A DNA stretch of 63,333 bases from a bacterium (GTDB taxonomy: Bacteria > UBP15 > UBA6099 > JAJRTR01), in the NCBI GenBank assembly GCA_024278215.1, contig JAJRTR010000038.1, positions 1 through 63,333 on the forward strand, given 5' to 3'. Positions 9,198 through 19,532 of the stretch are shown here, one piece after another (the first letter of the stretch is position 1; each line of letters starts with the position of its first letter). A program made the translations under genes and the position numbers. The notes under the pieces were generated by a model. The model did not search any database, had not been told where the DNA came from, and saw only the letters and a list, made by a program, of their open reading frames with translations.

Positions 9198-12100
9198 CTA
9201 CTTTTCCATCATATCTTCAGAGACGACGCGGTTGCGGCCGCCTTCTTTACCGACATAGAGCGCTTCGTCGGCTCTTTTTATAGCGTCTTCTATATTCGCG
9301 CCGGGCGCCCGGACACCGACACCGAATGTCATTGTAATATTGAAAGTGTAATCCTCATATACAATGGTGGTTTCCTGTATCTTCTTCCGCAACTTTTCCG
9401 CAAGTGTTCTCGCGCCTTCAAGGTTGGTTTCAGGGAGCAGGGCGATAAACTCTTCGCCGCCCCAGCGGGCATAGACATCCTGCTTGCGCATTGTGTTCCT
9501 TATGGTTTCCGCAATGGTTTTCAGGACATAGTCGCCGCAGTCGTGGCCATAGGTGTCGTTTACCAGTTTGAAGTGATCTATGTCGGACATAATAATGGAA
9601 ATGGGCTTGCCGGAGCGGTCTGCACGCGCATTTTCGACATCGGCTTTTTCGAGGAAATCGCGGCGGTTGGGAAGTTTTGTGAGCGGGTCCGTTCTGGCCA
9701 TTTCCTCCAGTTGTTTCGTCTGTTTTGTAATGATTGCATTTCTCCGCTCCAACTCCAGCACATGTTTTTCGATCTGTTTCGTACGCTCTTTCACCAGTGC
9801 TTCCAGTTCGATATTGTGTTTTCTCACCGTTGATATGCGTCCTTCATATATAAGGAACAGTACAGCCGCGACAGCGAAGACGACAAGGACCTTGAACCAG
9901 AGTGTCATCCACCATGCGGGCAGGACGGTGATATTGAGAGCAACTTCCGAGTTGCTCATCAATTCGTTGTTGTTGGACCCTTTGACCCTGAAAACATAAT
10001 CGCCCGGCGGCAAACTCGCATAGGAAACGAATCGCCGGGAACTGTCCGTCTCGATCATGTCTCTGTCGAGCCCCTCGAGCTGATACCTGTAACGGTTCCT
10101 TTGCGGCGCGGCATAGCTGAGCGCGGCGAACTCGAATGAAATGATCGATTGCCTGTGGTTCAGCACTATTCTGTCGTCCTGCCCGGTCATCGCCCATATC
10201 TGTTTCTTGAGTACCGAATCGGGACCGACAGGCACTTCCTTGTTCAATATGCGGAAATCCGTCAGCACAACAGGCGGTCTGTACTGATTGCTTTCGATCA
10301 TGTCGGGATCAAAGGAATTGAAACCGTTTATCCCGCCGTAGTACATCATATTATTGTCTTTGTCATAATATGAAGAAAGGAACTCATTACCCTGCAGGCC
10401 GTCTGTGACATCGTAAGTCGCGTGTACGCCTGTATCAGGATTGTATTTTGTAAGTCCTTTCCCGGCGGTGAGCCACAAATTCCCATGCGCATCGAACTGA
10501 ATATTTGTAACATTCCTCGCGGGGAGCGCTCTACCCCTTGTGATGCGCATGTATATCCCGGTGGGCGGGTCCAGAACCGAAAGACCGCATGATGTCCCGA
10601 GCCACAGCCTGCCGTCCGGGGTTCCTTTTATCGAGTTCACTGCTACAGTGACATCTTCATTCAAATAATTAAGAAATGTATCGTTCTCCCTGTCGTACAG
10701 GCTGAGCCCGAGTGGAGTTCCCACCCAGACGAGATTCGACGAATCTTCATATATTGTCAGTATCCTGTTATGGATCAATGTGTTCGCCTGCTCGTTGCCT
10801 GCGCCATAAACTTCGAACTTATCCGCCCCCTTTGCAAGGCGCAGCAGGCCGCCAATATCGGTGCCGACCCACAGGTCGCCGGCGCTGTCGACCATACAGG
10901 AAGAAACATGGCCCTGCGGCAGTTTTCTCTTTTTTGATTGCCTGCTCGCGAATTGATTCACTTTCCCGGTTCCGATGTCCAGACGGTCGAGCCCCTTGCG
11001 GGTGCCGATAAATAAATTGTTTTCTTTGTCTTCGCACAACGCGAAAACGAAGTCGTCGGATAGCCGGTAGCCGGGCGCGGAATCCTGGGTATATGCACGC
11101 CACCGGTGGGTCCCACTATCGTATGCGTTCAGCCCGCCCCCGCTTGTACCTACCCACAGCGTGGCCGAACTCCCCTTTAGAATTGCCGACACCTCGTTAT
11201 TGTTCAGACTGTTGAGATTATCGGGTTCAGCCCTGAAGAGCGCAAACTGCCTGCTCGCCGGATTGTTGATATTGATGCCGGTGCCGCGTGACCCTATCCA
11301 TATCAGACCCTCGCGGTCTTCATAGAACGATATCGCATTATTTATAGAAAGGCTCTTGGGCACACTCGGCACATTCCGGTAATGTATCGCCTCGTCCGTG
11401 TCCGGGTTGAATTTATATATCCCCTGCGAACTCGTGCCGATCCACAGATCACCGTCCGAATCCAGAAACAGCTTCGTCGTATCGCTGAAACACCCGTAAC
11501 GTGTGAAACTCTTTCTCGCCGTATCAAACCGCAGCAGACCTTTCAGGTTGGATGTCAGCCATATAGTTTCCTTTATGTCCATCGTCATGTCGCGAACGAT
11601 AAATCTGCCTTTGCTCTCGAGCGACATGAGACGCGGACTGAACGCTTTGAATGTCTCCGCTTCCGGATCGAATCGGCCAAGCCCTATGTTTGTCGTCAAC
11701 CATATATAACCGCTCCTGTCGGCAAGCACTTTTACAATGACACCGGGCGGAATATTCCCGCTGCCCTGCGAACCCTCATATTCAGTTATTGCTTCAGTCC
11801 GTTTATTGAATTTTATCAGGCCGCCCGACGCGCCGATCCACAGATTGTCCGACTGGTCTTCGACTATTGAAAACAGTTCGTGCGAAAGCAGGCTGCCGCC
11901 GCGCCCACTCTTCTTTACGTAGTGTCTGAAAGTGTCTGTTTCCGGATCGAACCGGCTGAACCCGCCGCGCTGGTAGACGATCCATATTATTCCGTCAGCG
12001 TCCTCATACAGTGCCGCTATACTGTTGTTTGCTATGCTGTCGGCGTTATCCGGATTATTGTTGTAGACTTTAAACCGGTAGCCGTCGTAGCGGTTCAACC

Positions 12101-12320
12101 CCTCGTCTGTTCCTATCCATATAAACCCGTGCCTGTCCTGTATTATGGAAGTGACAACACTGCTGGAAAGTCCGTCGTCGGTTGTGATACTCTCGAAACG
12201 CCCCCCGAGATTTGGAGCCGCATGACCTTCATCTGCATTTTCGGTGGCCGACACGGAAATTACCTGTATCATGAAAAAAAACAGAACAACTGCTGCTCTG
12301 AAAATACTTTTTGTCGGCAT
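9198..12320 (-). CDS. Diguanylate cyclase with extracytoplasmic beta-propeller (Reg_prop) and Y_Y_Y sensor
   Basis: Signal peptide, repeated DxxGxLWIGT units, YRYQLEG/LPPGDY, TM helix, DIDHFKLVNDTYGH, GGEEF. Confidence 0.92.
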   Translation of the reverse strand: MPTKSIFRAAVVLFFFMIQVISVSATENADEGHAAPNLGGRFESITTDDGLSSSVVTSIIQDRHGFIWIGTDEGLNRYDGYRFKVYNNNPDNADSIANNSIAALYEDADGIIWIVYQRGGFSRFDPETDTFRHYVKKSGRGGSLLSHELFSIVEDQSDNLWIGASGGLIKFNKRTEAITEYEGSQGSGNIPPGVIVKVLADRSGYIWLTTNIGLGRFDPEAETFKAFSPRLMSLESKGRFIVRDMTMDIKETIWLTSNLKGLLRFDTARKSFTRYGCFSDTTKLFLDSDGDLWIGTSSQGIYKFNPDTDEAIHYRNVPSVPKSLSINNAISFYEDREGLIWIGSRGTGININNPASRQFALFRAEPDNLNSLNNNEVSAILKGSSATLWVGTSGGGLNAYDSGTHRWRAYTQDSAPGYRLSDDFVFALCEDKENNLFIGTRKGLDRLDIGTGKVNQFASRQSKKRKLPQGHVSSCMVDSAGDLWVGTDIGGLLRLAKGADKFEVYGAGNEQANTLIHNRILTIYEDSSNLVWVGTPLGLSLYDRENDTFLNYLNEDVTVAVNSIKGTPDGRLWLGTSCGLSVLDPPTGIYMRITRGRALPARNVTNIQFDAHGNLWLTAGKGLTKYNPDTGVHATYDVTDGLQGNEFLSSYYDKDNNMMYYGGINGFNSFDPDMIESNQYRPPVVLTDFRILNKEVPVGPDSVLKKQIWAMTGQDDRIVLNHRQSIISFEFAALSYAAPQRNRYRYQLEGLDRDMIETDSSRRFVSYASLPPGDYVFRVKGSNNNELMSNSEVALNITVLPAWWMTLWFKVLVVFAVAAVLFLIYEGRISTVRKHNIELEALVKERTKQIEKHVLELERRNAIITKQTKQLEEMARTDPLTKLPNRRDFLEKADVENARADRSGKPISIIMSDIDHFKLVNDTYGHDCGDYVLKTIAETIRNTMRKQDVYARWGGEEFIALLPETNLEGARTLAEKLRKKIQETTIVYEDYTFNITMTFGVGVRAPGANIEDAIKRADEALYVGKEGGRNRVVSEDMMEK

Positions 12321-12519
12321 CCCGCGCGATTCCTCAATCTGTATCTATGCTGAACTTGCGTATCTGTATATATAATAAGGAAAGAACCATAGTTTCTTCA
12401 ACTCCGCGTCGGATTACCAAATGTATTTTCATATATTCAGCCCTGTCGGTAAATTCTTCGGTTCCCCCATCGGAATGGCAAACAGTTTATGTAACCGTGC
12501 CGAGTGTATAAAACGGTTT

Positions 12520-12549
12520 TAGCCCGGATTTGTGAAATATTCGGGTTAG
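12520..12549. repeat. Family 2 hairpin end
   Basis: TAGCCCGGATTTGTGAAATATTCGGGTTAG; similar to copies at 28477, 38311, 39314, 58336. Confidence 0.6.
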
Positions 12550-12552
12550 TAT

Positions 12553-12643
12553 CAATACCGTTTACTTTAGCAACAATGATGCGCAAAAAAGCCTGTATTT
12601 TCGCGAATATTGATACCCATGCTCTCTTAAGTAAACGGTATTG
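12553..12643. mobile_element. 91-bp MITE, IS4-subgroup-like ends
   Basis: 15-bp perfect TIR CAATACCGTTTACTT; flanks GGGTTAGTAT / GGTTTAGTAT (10-bp TSD, one mismatch). Confidence 0.75.
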
Positions 12644-12756
12644 GGTTTAGTATCTAACTACAAAATCCGTCAGTGTGTCATTCCGGGCAAAGCGACGACA
12701 TCCCGTCGCTTACGGCGAACAATGGGGATAAAGGACCTGAAAGGGTTTTGTCATTT

Positions 12757-12805
12757 GAGCCAGTTGCAGCCGACCGCAGCCGAATCAGAATTTTGAAATT
12801 GGCTC
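12757..12805 (+). repeat. MITE family 1 internal-deletion derivative
   Basis: GAGCCAGTTGCAGCCGACCGCAGCCGAATCAGAATTTTGAAATTGGCTC. Confidence 0.75.
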
Positions 12806-12818
12806 CTTTGAGATTCAA

Positions 12819-13274
12819 TCATTTCCGTTTCAACTCCAGCGCACGGAATGAGACACGTTTGCCATTGTGTAGCAGTGCGCTGCGGGCGGTATATGTGTCG
12901 TCGTCAATTTTAGAGATGAATTCCATGCCGCTGTATTCTTTGCTCGCCGTTTCGTAATTCGACACGATGGAATCCTCGACGAGGACGTATCTTCCATGCA
13001 GGTCGCCGAGTTCGTGATCCACAGATGTCCAGTTGGTTGCTTTTCTGCCCTCAGGCCAGGGATCGATAATATGTTTTTTTCGCACAACCATCTTCTCTCC
13101 GGTTTCGGGAAAAAGGGTCAGCCGGCTGTCAAGGAGCCAGACTTCGTCGCCGTGTGTAATCTCGATAATACCTATGCACGGGATTACCTTTTCGTCGGCA
13201 TCCATAAAAACACCCTTTGCATTCCATATGCCTTCTTCGATTATGTATTTGTGACTCATACGATCAGTCTCCAT
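12819..13274 (-). CDS. Hypothetical protein, probably beta-rich
   Basis: 151-aa ORF with normal composition, co-oriented with neighbours. Confidence 0.7.
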   Translation of the reverse strand: METDRMSHKYIIEEGIWNAKGVFMDADEKVIPCIGIIEITHGDEVWLLDSRLTLFPETGEKMVVRKKHIIDPWPEGRKATNWTSVDHELGDLHGRYVLVEDSIVSNYETASKEYSGMEFISKIDDDTYTARSALLHNGKRVSFRALELKRK

Positions 13275-13324
13275 TCGCCAGAAATAAATTCATAATATTT
13301 TATCACGATTACGATAAAGAACGG

Positions 13325-13696
13325 CTATTTATCAGTGACTTTGATGCTTTTCATTGCTTTGAACCTGTCGACACCTTCGAGGCAGGCTTCGAACGCTTCA
13401 CGCCTGCGGACTGCACTTACGGCGACAACAGCGACAACTTCGCCGACTTCGAGACGCCCGAGCCGATGAACAACTATTATGTCTTCGAGTTCCCACTTCC
13501 GTTTTATTTCATCTGCTGCTTCGGCGAGTTCTTTTTCCGCATCGCCGATAATATCGAACTCCATATAATTCGTGATCCTGTTGCCGGTCTTCCCTCTCAC
13601 GATTCCAACATGAGATACGACCTAGCCAGAATTATTTTTACTGATTCTTTCATATATTTCGTTCGGTTCGATCTTTTCATTTGTAAAGGAAATCAT
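13325..13696 (-). pseudogene. moaE: MoaE-like molybdopterin synthase large subunit interrupted by an in-frame TAG
   Basis: AGGGGG RBS then MISFTNEKIEPNEIYERISKNNSG*VVSHVGIVRG...VHRLGRLEVGE...VSAVRRREAFEAC; TAG at 13622-13624. Confidence 0.8.
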
Positions 13697-13734
13697 GTGC
13701 TGCCCCCTGTGAAAACAAGTGTTGCTGAAAAGAC

Positions 13735-13761
13735 AACCCGCATATCTCATCAGCGCGGGCT
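13735..13761. repeat. Family 2 hairpin
   Basis: AACCCGCATATCTCATCAGCGCGGGCT. Confidence 0.55.
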
Positions 13762-13777
13762 GAAAATCACACTTATG

Positions 13778-13809
13778 AAAAAGCCGGGAACATGTTCATG
13801 CTCCCGGCT
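13778..13809 (-). terminator. Intrinsic terminator after the ABC substrate-binding gene
   Basis: AGCCGGGA stem followed by a U tract on the minus strand. Confidence 0.65.
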
Positions 13810-13859
13810 CATATATTCCTGACGGCGCTGTGTGCGCAGTTGCAAAATTCTTACGATAA

Positions 13860-15074
13860 TTACGGATTAAGCAGGTCGAACTGCTCGTTCCTGACCGTCA
13901 GCATTTCGAGCGAATTTATATCAAGCCCGTTGTGGTCTTCTTTGCTGAAAGTGAAGACGCCGCCGGTGCCGGGGAAGTCCTTGATATTCTCGATAGCGTC
14001 GCGGATGCCCTGCCTGTCGGCGCCCGCGACCTTGATCGCTTCGACAAGTATTGTGAAAGCGTCGTAGGCGTGGCCACCGAATGTGCTGACGTCGCCACCG
14101 TATTTCTTTTCATACTCGTCTTTGTATTTCACGAGCAGTGCTTTTTGCGGGTTGCTGTCGGGAAGTTTGGCCGCGACGAGAAGTCGTCCGGCCGGGAAGA
14201 TGATTCCGTTGGCCGCCGCGCCGGCGTCCCTGACATACTTGATGTTTCCGAAGCCGTGACTCTGGAACAGAACGATGTTGGCCATTTCCAGTGCTTTCAT
14301 TTTCTTCGGGATGACAGACTGTGTGGGCAGAATTGTCCAGTCGACAATGGCCTGAATGTCGCCCGCGCTCTTGACCTTTGTCAGGAGAGTCTCGATGTCG
14401 CCATCTGTGGCGGCGGGCTGGAAGGCTTCTTCGAATGCGACCGTGACGTTGAACTTGGGTGCGAGAGACTTGATCTGTTTGAGACCCTGCTGCCCGAAAC
14501 CGGTGTTGCCGTAGAGCACTGCAATATTTGTGATGCTGTGGTCTTTCATGTAGCTGAGAATCTTTGTCGCTACAAAGCTGTCTTTCTGTGGAGTTTTGAA
14601 AACCCATGGGTTGACGGGATTCACGATAGCCTCGGCGGCGGCGCATGAGATCAGCGGCACTTTCTTTTCGCCCATCATGTCTTTGATCGCCATCGTGTTG
14701 CCGCTTCGTGACGGCCCGATGATAGCGAGCACTTCTTCTTTTTCGATGAGTCTTGCCGCCGCCTGTTTTGTTTTGTCTTCGAGCCCCGCGTCGTCTTCGA
14801 TGATCGCCTTGATCGGTATTCCGTTGATGCCGCCCGCGGCGTTGATCTGTTCGACCAGCATCTCGACCGTTTTCTTTTCCGGGTCGCCGAGGAACGACGC
14901 TTTTCCGGTTACCGAGAATATTGCGCCGATCTTGTATTCGGTGACTTTCGGCGTTCCTTCCTCTTCTCCTCCTTTTTCACCCGGAGGGGTGCATCCGCCG
15001 ATGATCATGGCGAAAGCGGCTACTACCATCAGCGCCAGGCTGATGTGCAATACCTTCCTCAACTTCTGTGTCAT
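13860..15074 (-). CDS. Branched-chain amino acid/aromatic acid ABC substrate-binding lipoprotein (LivK-like)
   Basis: Lipobox IGGC, KIGAIFSVTG, INAAGGING, IIGP, AYDA. Confidence 0.88.
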   Translation of the reverse strand: MTQKLRKVLHISLALMVVAAFAMIIGGCTPPGEKGGEEEGTPKVTEYKIGAIFSVTGKASFLGDPEKKTVEMLVEQINAAGGINGIPIKAIIEDDAGLEDKTKQAAARLIEKEEVLAIIGPSRSGNTMAIKDMMGEKKVPLISCAAAEAIVNPVNPWVFKTPQKDSFVATKILSYMKDHSITNIAVLYGNTGFGQQGLKQIKSLAPKFNVTVAFEEAFQPAATDGDIETLLTKVKSAGDIQAIVDWTILPTQSVIPKKMKALEMANIVLFQSHGFGNIKYVRDAGAAANGIIFPAGRLLVAAKLPDSNPQKALLVKYKDEYEKKYGGDVSTFGGHAYDAFTILVEAIKVAGADRQGIRDAIENIKDFPGTGGVFTFSKEDHNGLDINSLEMLTVRNEQFDLLNP

Positions 15075-15154
15075 TCAACACCTCCTTGGATTTTGAGCGC
15101 TTTATTGGTGGGTGTCAGGTTTATCGCTGCCCCGGCACTCTTATCGTGTATATA

Positions 15155-15583
15155 TTAAACCGAGTATACCTCCTCGGGTGAGAGCAGTCTTATGCCGCCG
15201 CCTTCGAGCGTTTCCGCGGTTTTCTCTTTGTCGTCGACCCTGATGATTACGACGGCGTTGTCTGTTGTTTTCGTGAAATAGGCATAGAGGTATTCGACAT
15301 TGATGCCGTTGTCGCGGAGCTTCTCGAGCAGGTCCGCCAGGCCGCCCGGCCTGTCAGGCACCTGCGCCGCGATTACATTGTTGGCCGTCGCCGTGAAACC
15401 CGCGTCTTTCAACGCGCCGAGCGCTTTGTCCATGTCGTCGCATATCAGGCGCAACACGCCTAATTCCGATGTGTCCGCCACAGCCAGCGCACGTATATTG
15501 ACACCGGCGTCGGATATCGCCCGCGTCGCCTCCGCCATCCTGCCCGACTTATTCTCTATAAAAACAGATATCTGTTTAACCAT
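15155..15583 (-). CDS. Tandem ACT-domain protein
   Basis: QISVFIENKSG, NIRALAVADT, DRPGGLA, NVEYLYA; typical paaK neighbour. Confidence 0.9.
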   Translation of the reverse strand: MVKQISVFIENKSGRMAEATRAISDAGVNIRALAVADTSELGVLRLICDDMDKALGALKDAGFTATANNVIAAQVPDRPGGLADLLEKLRDNGINVEYLYAYFTKTTDNAVVIIRVDDKEKTAETLEGGGIRLLSPEEVYSV

Positions 15584-15624
15584 CGTTTTCCTCCCTTTTT
15601 CACCGGATGCACTTTCTCTTTATA

Positions 15625-16932
15625 TCAGATATTCCTTTTGTCGACAATACGAACAGCTTTTCCTTCGCTTCTCTTGATGGTTTTTGGTTCGACGAGTTTG
15701 ATCTTCGTGGAGATCAGGAGCGCGCTGTCGAGTTCGCTCTTGATCTTGCGTTCTAGTGTTTCGAGGCCCTTGATCTCGTCGCTGAAAATCTTTTCGGAGA
15801 CTTCGACCCAGATCTCGAGCGTATCCATGGATTTCTGCCGGTCCACCACTATCTGGTAGTGGGGTTCGACATCGTCGATGGCCACGAGCAGGCTCTCGAC
15901 CTGCGAGGGATAGACGTTGACGCCGCGTATTATCAGCATGTCGTCGCTGCGGCCCTTGACACGCTCCATGCGCACTGATGTGCGCCCGCACGCGCATTCG
16001 CCGGGGTGCAGCGATGTGATGTCCCGCGTTCTGTATCTGAGCAGCGGGAACCCTTCTTTGTCCAGAGTCGTGAAAACCAGTTCGCCCTCTTCGCCGGTTG
16101 CGACAGGCTCGAGGGTTTCCGGGTCGATGATCTCGGGCAGGAAGTGGTCGTCGAACACGTGCAGATATTTCTTTTCGAGGCATTCGCTCGCCACGCCGGG
16201 TCCGATGATCTCGGTAAGGCCGTAGATGTCGATTGCGTTGATGCCGGTTTTCTTTTCGATCTCCCGGCGCATCGCCTCGGACCACATTTCCGCGCCGAAG
16301 ATGCCTGTATGCACCTTCAGTTTGTCGATGTCGACGCCGGCTTCGGCGGCTTTCTCGAACAGCAGCAGCGCGTATGAGGGTGTGGCGCACAGTGCGGTCG
16401 AGCCGAAGTCCTGCATGATAAGCAGTTGCCGTTTAGTGTTTCCGCCGCTGATCGGGATGACCGTCGCGCCGAGACGCTCGCCGCCGTAGTGCGCGCCGAG
16501 CCCGCCGGTGAACAATCCGTATCCGTAGGCGTTCTGGATGATGTCGCTGCTTGTGAGGCCGGCGCAGGTGAATGTGCGCGCCATGACTTCCGCCCACATC
16601 TTTATGTCGTTTTTCGTGTAGCCCGCCACCTTCGGCTTGCCGGTCGTGCCCGACGACGCGTGGACACGGACGATCTTTTCCATCGGCTCGGCGAGCATTC
16701 CGAACGGATAGTTTGCCGCGAGGTCTTCCTTCGTGGTGAACGGGAATTTTGCCAGGTCTTCGAGTCTGTTCAGATCGCCGGGTTTCACGCCCGCCGCGTC
16801 GAATGATTTCCTGTAATGCGGAACCTTTTCGTAAAGTTTTGTTACGAGTAGCTTTAGCTTTTCGAGTTGCAGTTCTTTTCGCTTACTTTCTGTGAGACAC
16901 TCGTTTTCCCTGTCCCATATTATTGCCGCCAT
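15625..16932 (-). CDS. paaK: Phenylacetate-CoA ligase
   Basis: [44 protein letters not shown]. Confidence 0.93.
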   Translation of the reverse strand: MAAIIWDRENECLTESKRKELQLEKLKLLVTKLYEKVPHYRKSFDAAGVKPGDLNRLEDLAKFPFTTKEDLAANYPFGMLAEPMEKIVRVHASSGTTGKPKVAGYTKNDIKMWAEVMARTFTCAGLTSSDIIQNAYGYGLFTGGLGAHYGGERLGATVIPISGGNTKRQLLIMQDFGSTALCATPSYALLLFEKAAEAGVDIDKLKVHTGIFGAEMWSEAMRREIEKKTGINAIDIYGLTEIIGPGVASECLEKKYLHVFDDHFLPEIIDPETLEPVATGEEGELVFTTLDKEGFPLLRYRTRDITSLHPGECACGRTSVRMERVKGRSDDMLIIRGVNVYPSQVESLLVAIDDVEPHYQIVVDRQKSMDTLEIWVEVSEKIFSDEIKGLETLERKIKSELDSALLISTKIKLVEPKTIKRSEGKAVRIVDKRNI

Positions 16933-16951
16933 AGGTCAAACCTCCTCTATC

Positions 16952-16997
16952 GAGCCAATTGCAAAATTCTGAACGAACCTAATTTTGCAATTGGCTC
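16952..16997. mobile_element. MITE family 1 minimal copy
   Basis: Perfect 17-bp IR GAGCCAATTGCAAAATT; flanked by TATC/TATC. Confidence 0.8.
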
Positions 16998-17062
16998 TAT
17001 CTCCATCACTGAAGATGCGCCGCGAAGCGCATGATATATTTTATTCGTTTCACAGGCCTGTG

Positions 17063-17653
17063 TCAGCTTTTCCCGACAAGCTCCATGCCCGCTTCCAACG
17101 CCTTTAGATTTATATCGACGAGTTTCTCTTTGACGAACTTGCGATACATCTTTCCCCAAACACTTTTCTTCAGTGGCAGCAGGGCCGCAAGGCATCCCAC
17201 CAGCACCGAATTTGTCACACGCTCGGTCCCCAGTTCCTTCGCGATGCTGTTGGCGTCCAGCGTGATGATCTTTTTTGTTTTCTTCCGTATTTTTTCCAGC
17301 ACGTCCGCCGGATATTCTTCACGACCGATCGCGACGGACGGCGGGTCGCTGCGCAGCGTGTTCAGGATAACGGTGGTCTTTCTCGACGCGTAATTGAGGT
17401 AGCGCAGGGTTTCGAGCTGCTCGAAAGAGAGAATGAAGTCCGCGTCTGTTTCCGGTATCAGAGGCGAGTATACTTTCGCGCCCGCGCGCACATGGGCCGA
17501 CACCGCACCGCCGCGCTGCGCCATGCCGTGCACTTCGCTCTGCTTCACATCGTAGCCCTCGGCCACGAACGCTTCGGAGATTATCTTTCCGGCCAGTATA
17601 TTGCCTTGGCCGCCCACGCCTACTATGAGTATGTTGCAGTCCTGTTTTTCCAT
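17063..17653 (-). CDS. iorB: Indolepyruvate:ferredoxin oxidoreductase beta subunit
   Basis: GVGGQG, SEVHGMAQRGG. Confidence 0.92.
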   Translation of the reverse strand: MEKQDCNILIVGVGGQGNILAGKIISEAFVAEGYDVKQSEVHGMAQRGGAVSAHVRAGAKVYSPLIPETDADFILSFEQLETLRYLNYASRKTTVILNTLRSDPPSVAIGREEYPADVLEKIRKKTKKIITLDANSIAKELGTERVTNSVLVGCLAALLPLKKSVWGKMYRKFVKEKLVDINLKALEAGMELVGKS

Positions 17654-17709
17654 TATTATACCTGTCCGTTCGCTGTTTCTTCGCGCGCCGCGTCGTGCGC
17701 CGCCGCGTT

Positions 17710-19440
17710 TTATTTCTTAATAACCTTAATCGCTTTCTTCGGGCAAATCTGTGCGCAGACAGTGCAGCCGTTGCACAGGAAAGTATTGATGGAGGGTTTG
17801 CCGCCTGAACTGGTGATCGCCGGGCAGTTTATGCGCAGGCAGCCGCCGCATTCGTTGCACACGGCCTCGTCGACAAACATGGGAGTGTGCCGTATCTTCG
17901 CGCGAAGCGGGCAGGGCGCCGTCGAGATCAGTACCGAAGGTGCGTCTTTCGCAAGCTCGCGCCTGATGACCTTGCGGGTTTCCCTGATCTTGAACGGGTC
18001 CACTCTGAAAGTATTTTTTATGCCCAGCGCTTTGCAGACCTCGACCAGGTCGACGGCGTTTGTGTCGTCGCCCTGGAGTGTGCGGCCCGTGGCGGCATGT
18101 TCCTGCCCGCCCGTCATGGCAGTTGTCCTGTTGTCGAGGATAATAACAGTATTCAGACCTTTGTTGTAGGCCATCTCGAGTACGCCCGTGAGCCCCGAGT
18201 GCAGGAAAGTCGAGTCGCCGAGCACACCCACACACTTCTGAGCGTCTTTGCCCGCGGCTTTCGCGTATCCGTGCGACACGCCGATGCTCGCCCCCATGCA
18301 CACGCACATGTCGTGCATACTCAGCGGCGGCAGCACACCGAGCGTGTAGCAGCCGATGTCGCCGAAGACGATAGTTTTAAGTGGTTTCAGAGCAGTGTAC
18401 GTGCCGCGATGCGGGCAGCCCGCACACAGGTTGGGCGGCCTCATCGGCAGCCCGCTCGCATCTTCCACAGGGTGCGGGCGGCGCCGGCGCACCAGCGCGT
18501 TCTTTATGATGTCCGGGTTCAACTCGCCGCACACGGGCAGCTTGCTTTTCCCGATCACTTCTATTCCCAGCGCCTTTATCGAATCTTCGAGGAACGGTTC
18601 GAGTTCCTCGATTACATATATCTTTTTAACACTTTTCGCGAATTTTCTTATCAGTTTTTCAGGCAGCGGGTTGGTCATGCCGAGTTTAAGAAAACTCGCG
18701 TCCGGGAACACTTCCTTCGCATACTGATATGCCACGCCGCTGGTGACGACGCCGATTTCCTTGCTACCTTTTTCGATGAAATTAAGAGGTGACTTTTCGC
18801 TGTATTCCTTCAGGTGCGCTGTCCGCTCTTCGACAAATTTATGTCTCTTTCTGGCAAACGCCGGCACCATGACGTACTTGGGCGGGTTCTGCACGAACGG
18901 TTTTTGCTTAACCCTTTTCCTTCGTCCTGTATTGACAATCGTGCGCGAGTGGTTGACGCGGGTGGTGGTGATCACCAGCACGGGCGTGTCGAAATTCTCG
19001 CTTATATCAAAGGCAGTCTTGACGGCGTCGAGCGCTTCCTGGCTGTCGGAGGGTTCGAGCAGCGGCACCTTTGCCAGCTTCGCATAGTAGCGGTTGTCCT
19101 GCTCGTTCTGCGAACTGTGCATCTCGGGGTCGTCCGCGCATATCAGGACAAAACCGGTCGGAGTGCCGGTATAAGAGAATGTGCAGAAAGGGTCGGCGGC
19201 GACATTGAGTCCGACATGCTTAAGGGATACGATGGTGCGGCGGCCTGCCATTGCCGCGCCGATGCCCACCTCGAGGGCCACCTTTTCGTTCGGTGCCCAC
19301 TCGGCGTATATTTCCTCATACTGCGCGAGATTCTCTGTGATTTCCGTGCTGGGTGTGCCGGGATACGCGGCGGCGAAAGTCGCGCCCGCTTCCCATGCTC
19401 CCCTCGCTATCGCTTCGTTGCCTGTTAAAAGCTGCTTCAT
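17710..19440 (-). CDS. iorA: Indolepyruvate:ferredoxin oxidoreductase alpha subunit
   Basis: GNEAIARG, YPGTPSTE, KHVGLNVA, CAGCPH, GDIGCY, GDSTF, C-terminal ferredoxin. Confidence 0.95.
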   Translation of the reverse strand: MKQLLTGNEAIARGAWEAGATFAAAYPGTPSTEITENLAQYEEIYAEWAPNEKVALEVGIGAAMAGRRTIVSLKHVGLNVAADPFCTFSYTGTPTGFVLICADDPEMHSSQNEQDNRYYAKLAKVPLLEPSDSQEALDAVKTAFDISENFDTPVLVITTTRVNHSRTIVNTGRRKRVKQKPFVQNPPKYVMVPAFARKRHKFVEERTAHLKEYSEKSPLNFIEKGSKEIGVVTSGVAYQYAKEVFPDASFLKLGMTNPLPEKLIRKFAKSVKKIYVIEELEPFLEDSIKALGIEVIGKSKLPVCGELNPDIIKNALVRRRRPHPVEDASGLPMRPPNLCAGCPHRGTYTALKPLKTIVFGDIGCYTLGVLPPLSMHDMCVCMGASIGVSHGYAKAAGKDAQKCVGVLGDSTFLHSGLTGVLEMAYNKGLNTVIILDNRTTAMTGGQEHAATGRTLQGDDTNAVDLVEVCKALGIKNTFRVDPFKIRETRKVIRRELAKDAPSVLISTAPCPLRAKIRHTPMFVDEAVCNECGGCLRINCPAITSSGGKPSINTFLCNGCTVCAQICPKKAIKVIKK

Positions 19441-19514
19441 TTTTTCAGTTGCCTTTTCGTTTCAATATAATGCGCGGTCCTTCTATATTCAGACATTCGG
19501 ACCGTCGCAATGCC

Positions 19515-19532
19515 TTGTGATTGTTTACACAA
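19515..19532. promoter_or_regulatory. Putative Rex (or CRP-like) operator upstream of iorA
   Basis: TTGTGATTGTTTACACAA vs Rex consensus TTGTGAA-N4-TTCACAA. Confidence 0.55.

Noticed and set aside
13622-13624. Genome-wide TAG reassignment
   Set aside because: Many full-length genes here end in TAG (e.g. 2868, 3803, 31487, 33017).
13697-13777. Moco riboswitch upstream of moaE
   Set aside because: The only clear structure is a family 2 repeat hairpin, and I could not recognise riboswitch consensus elements.
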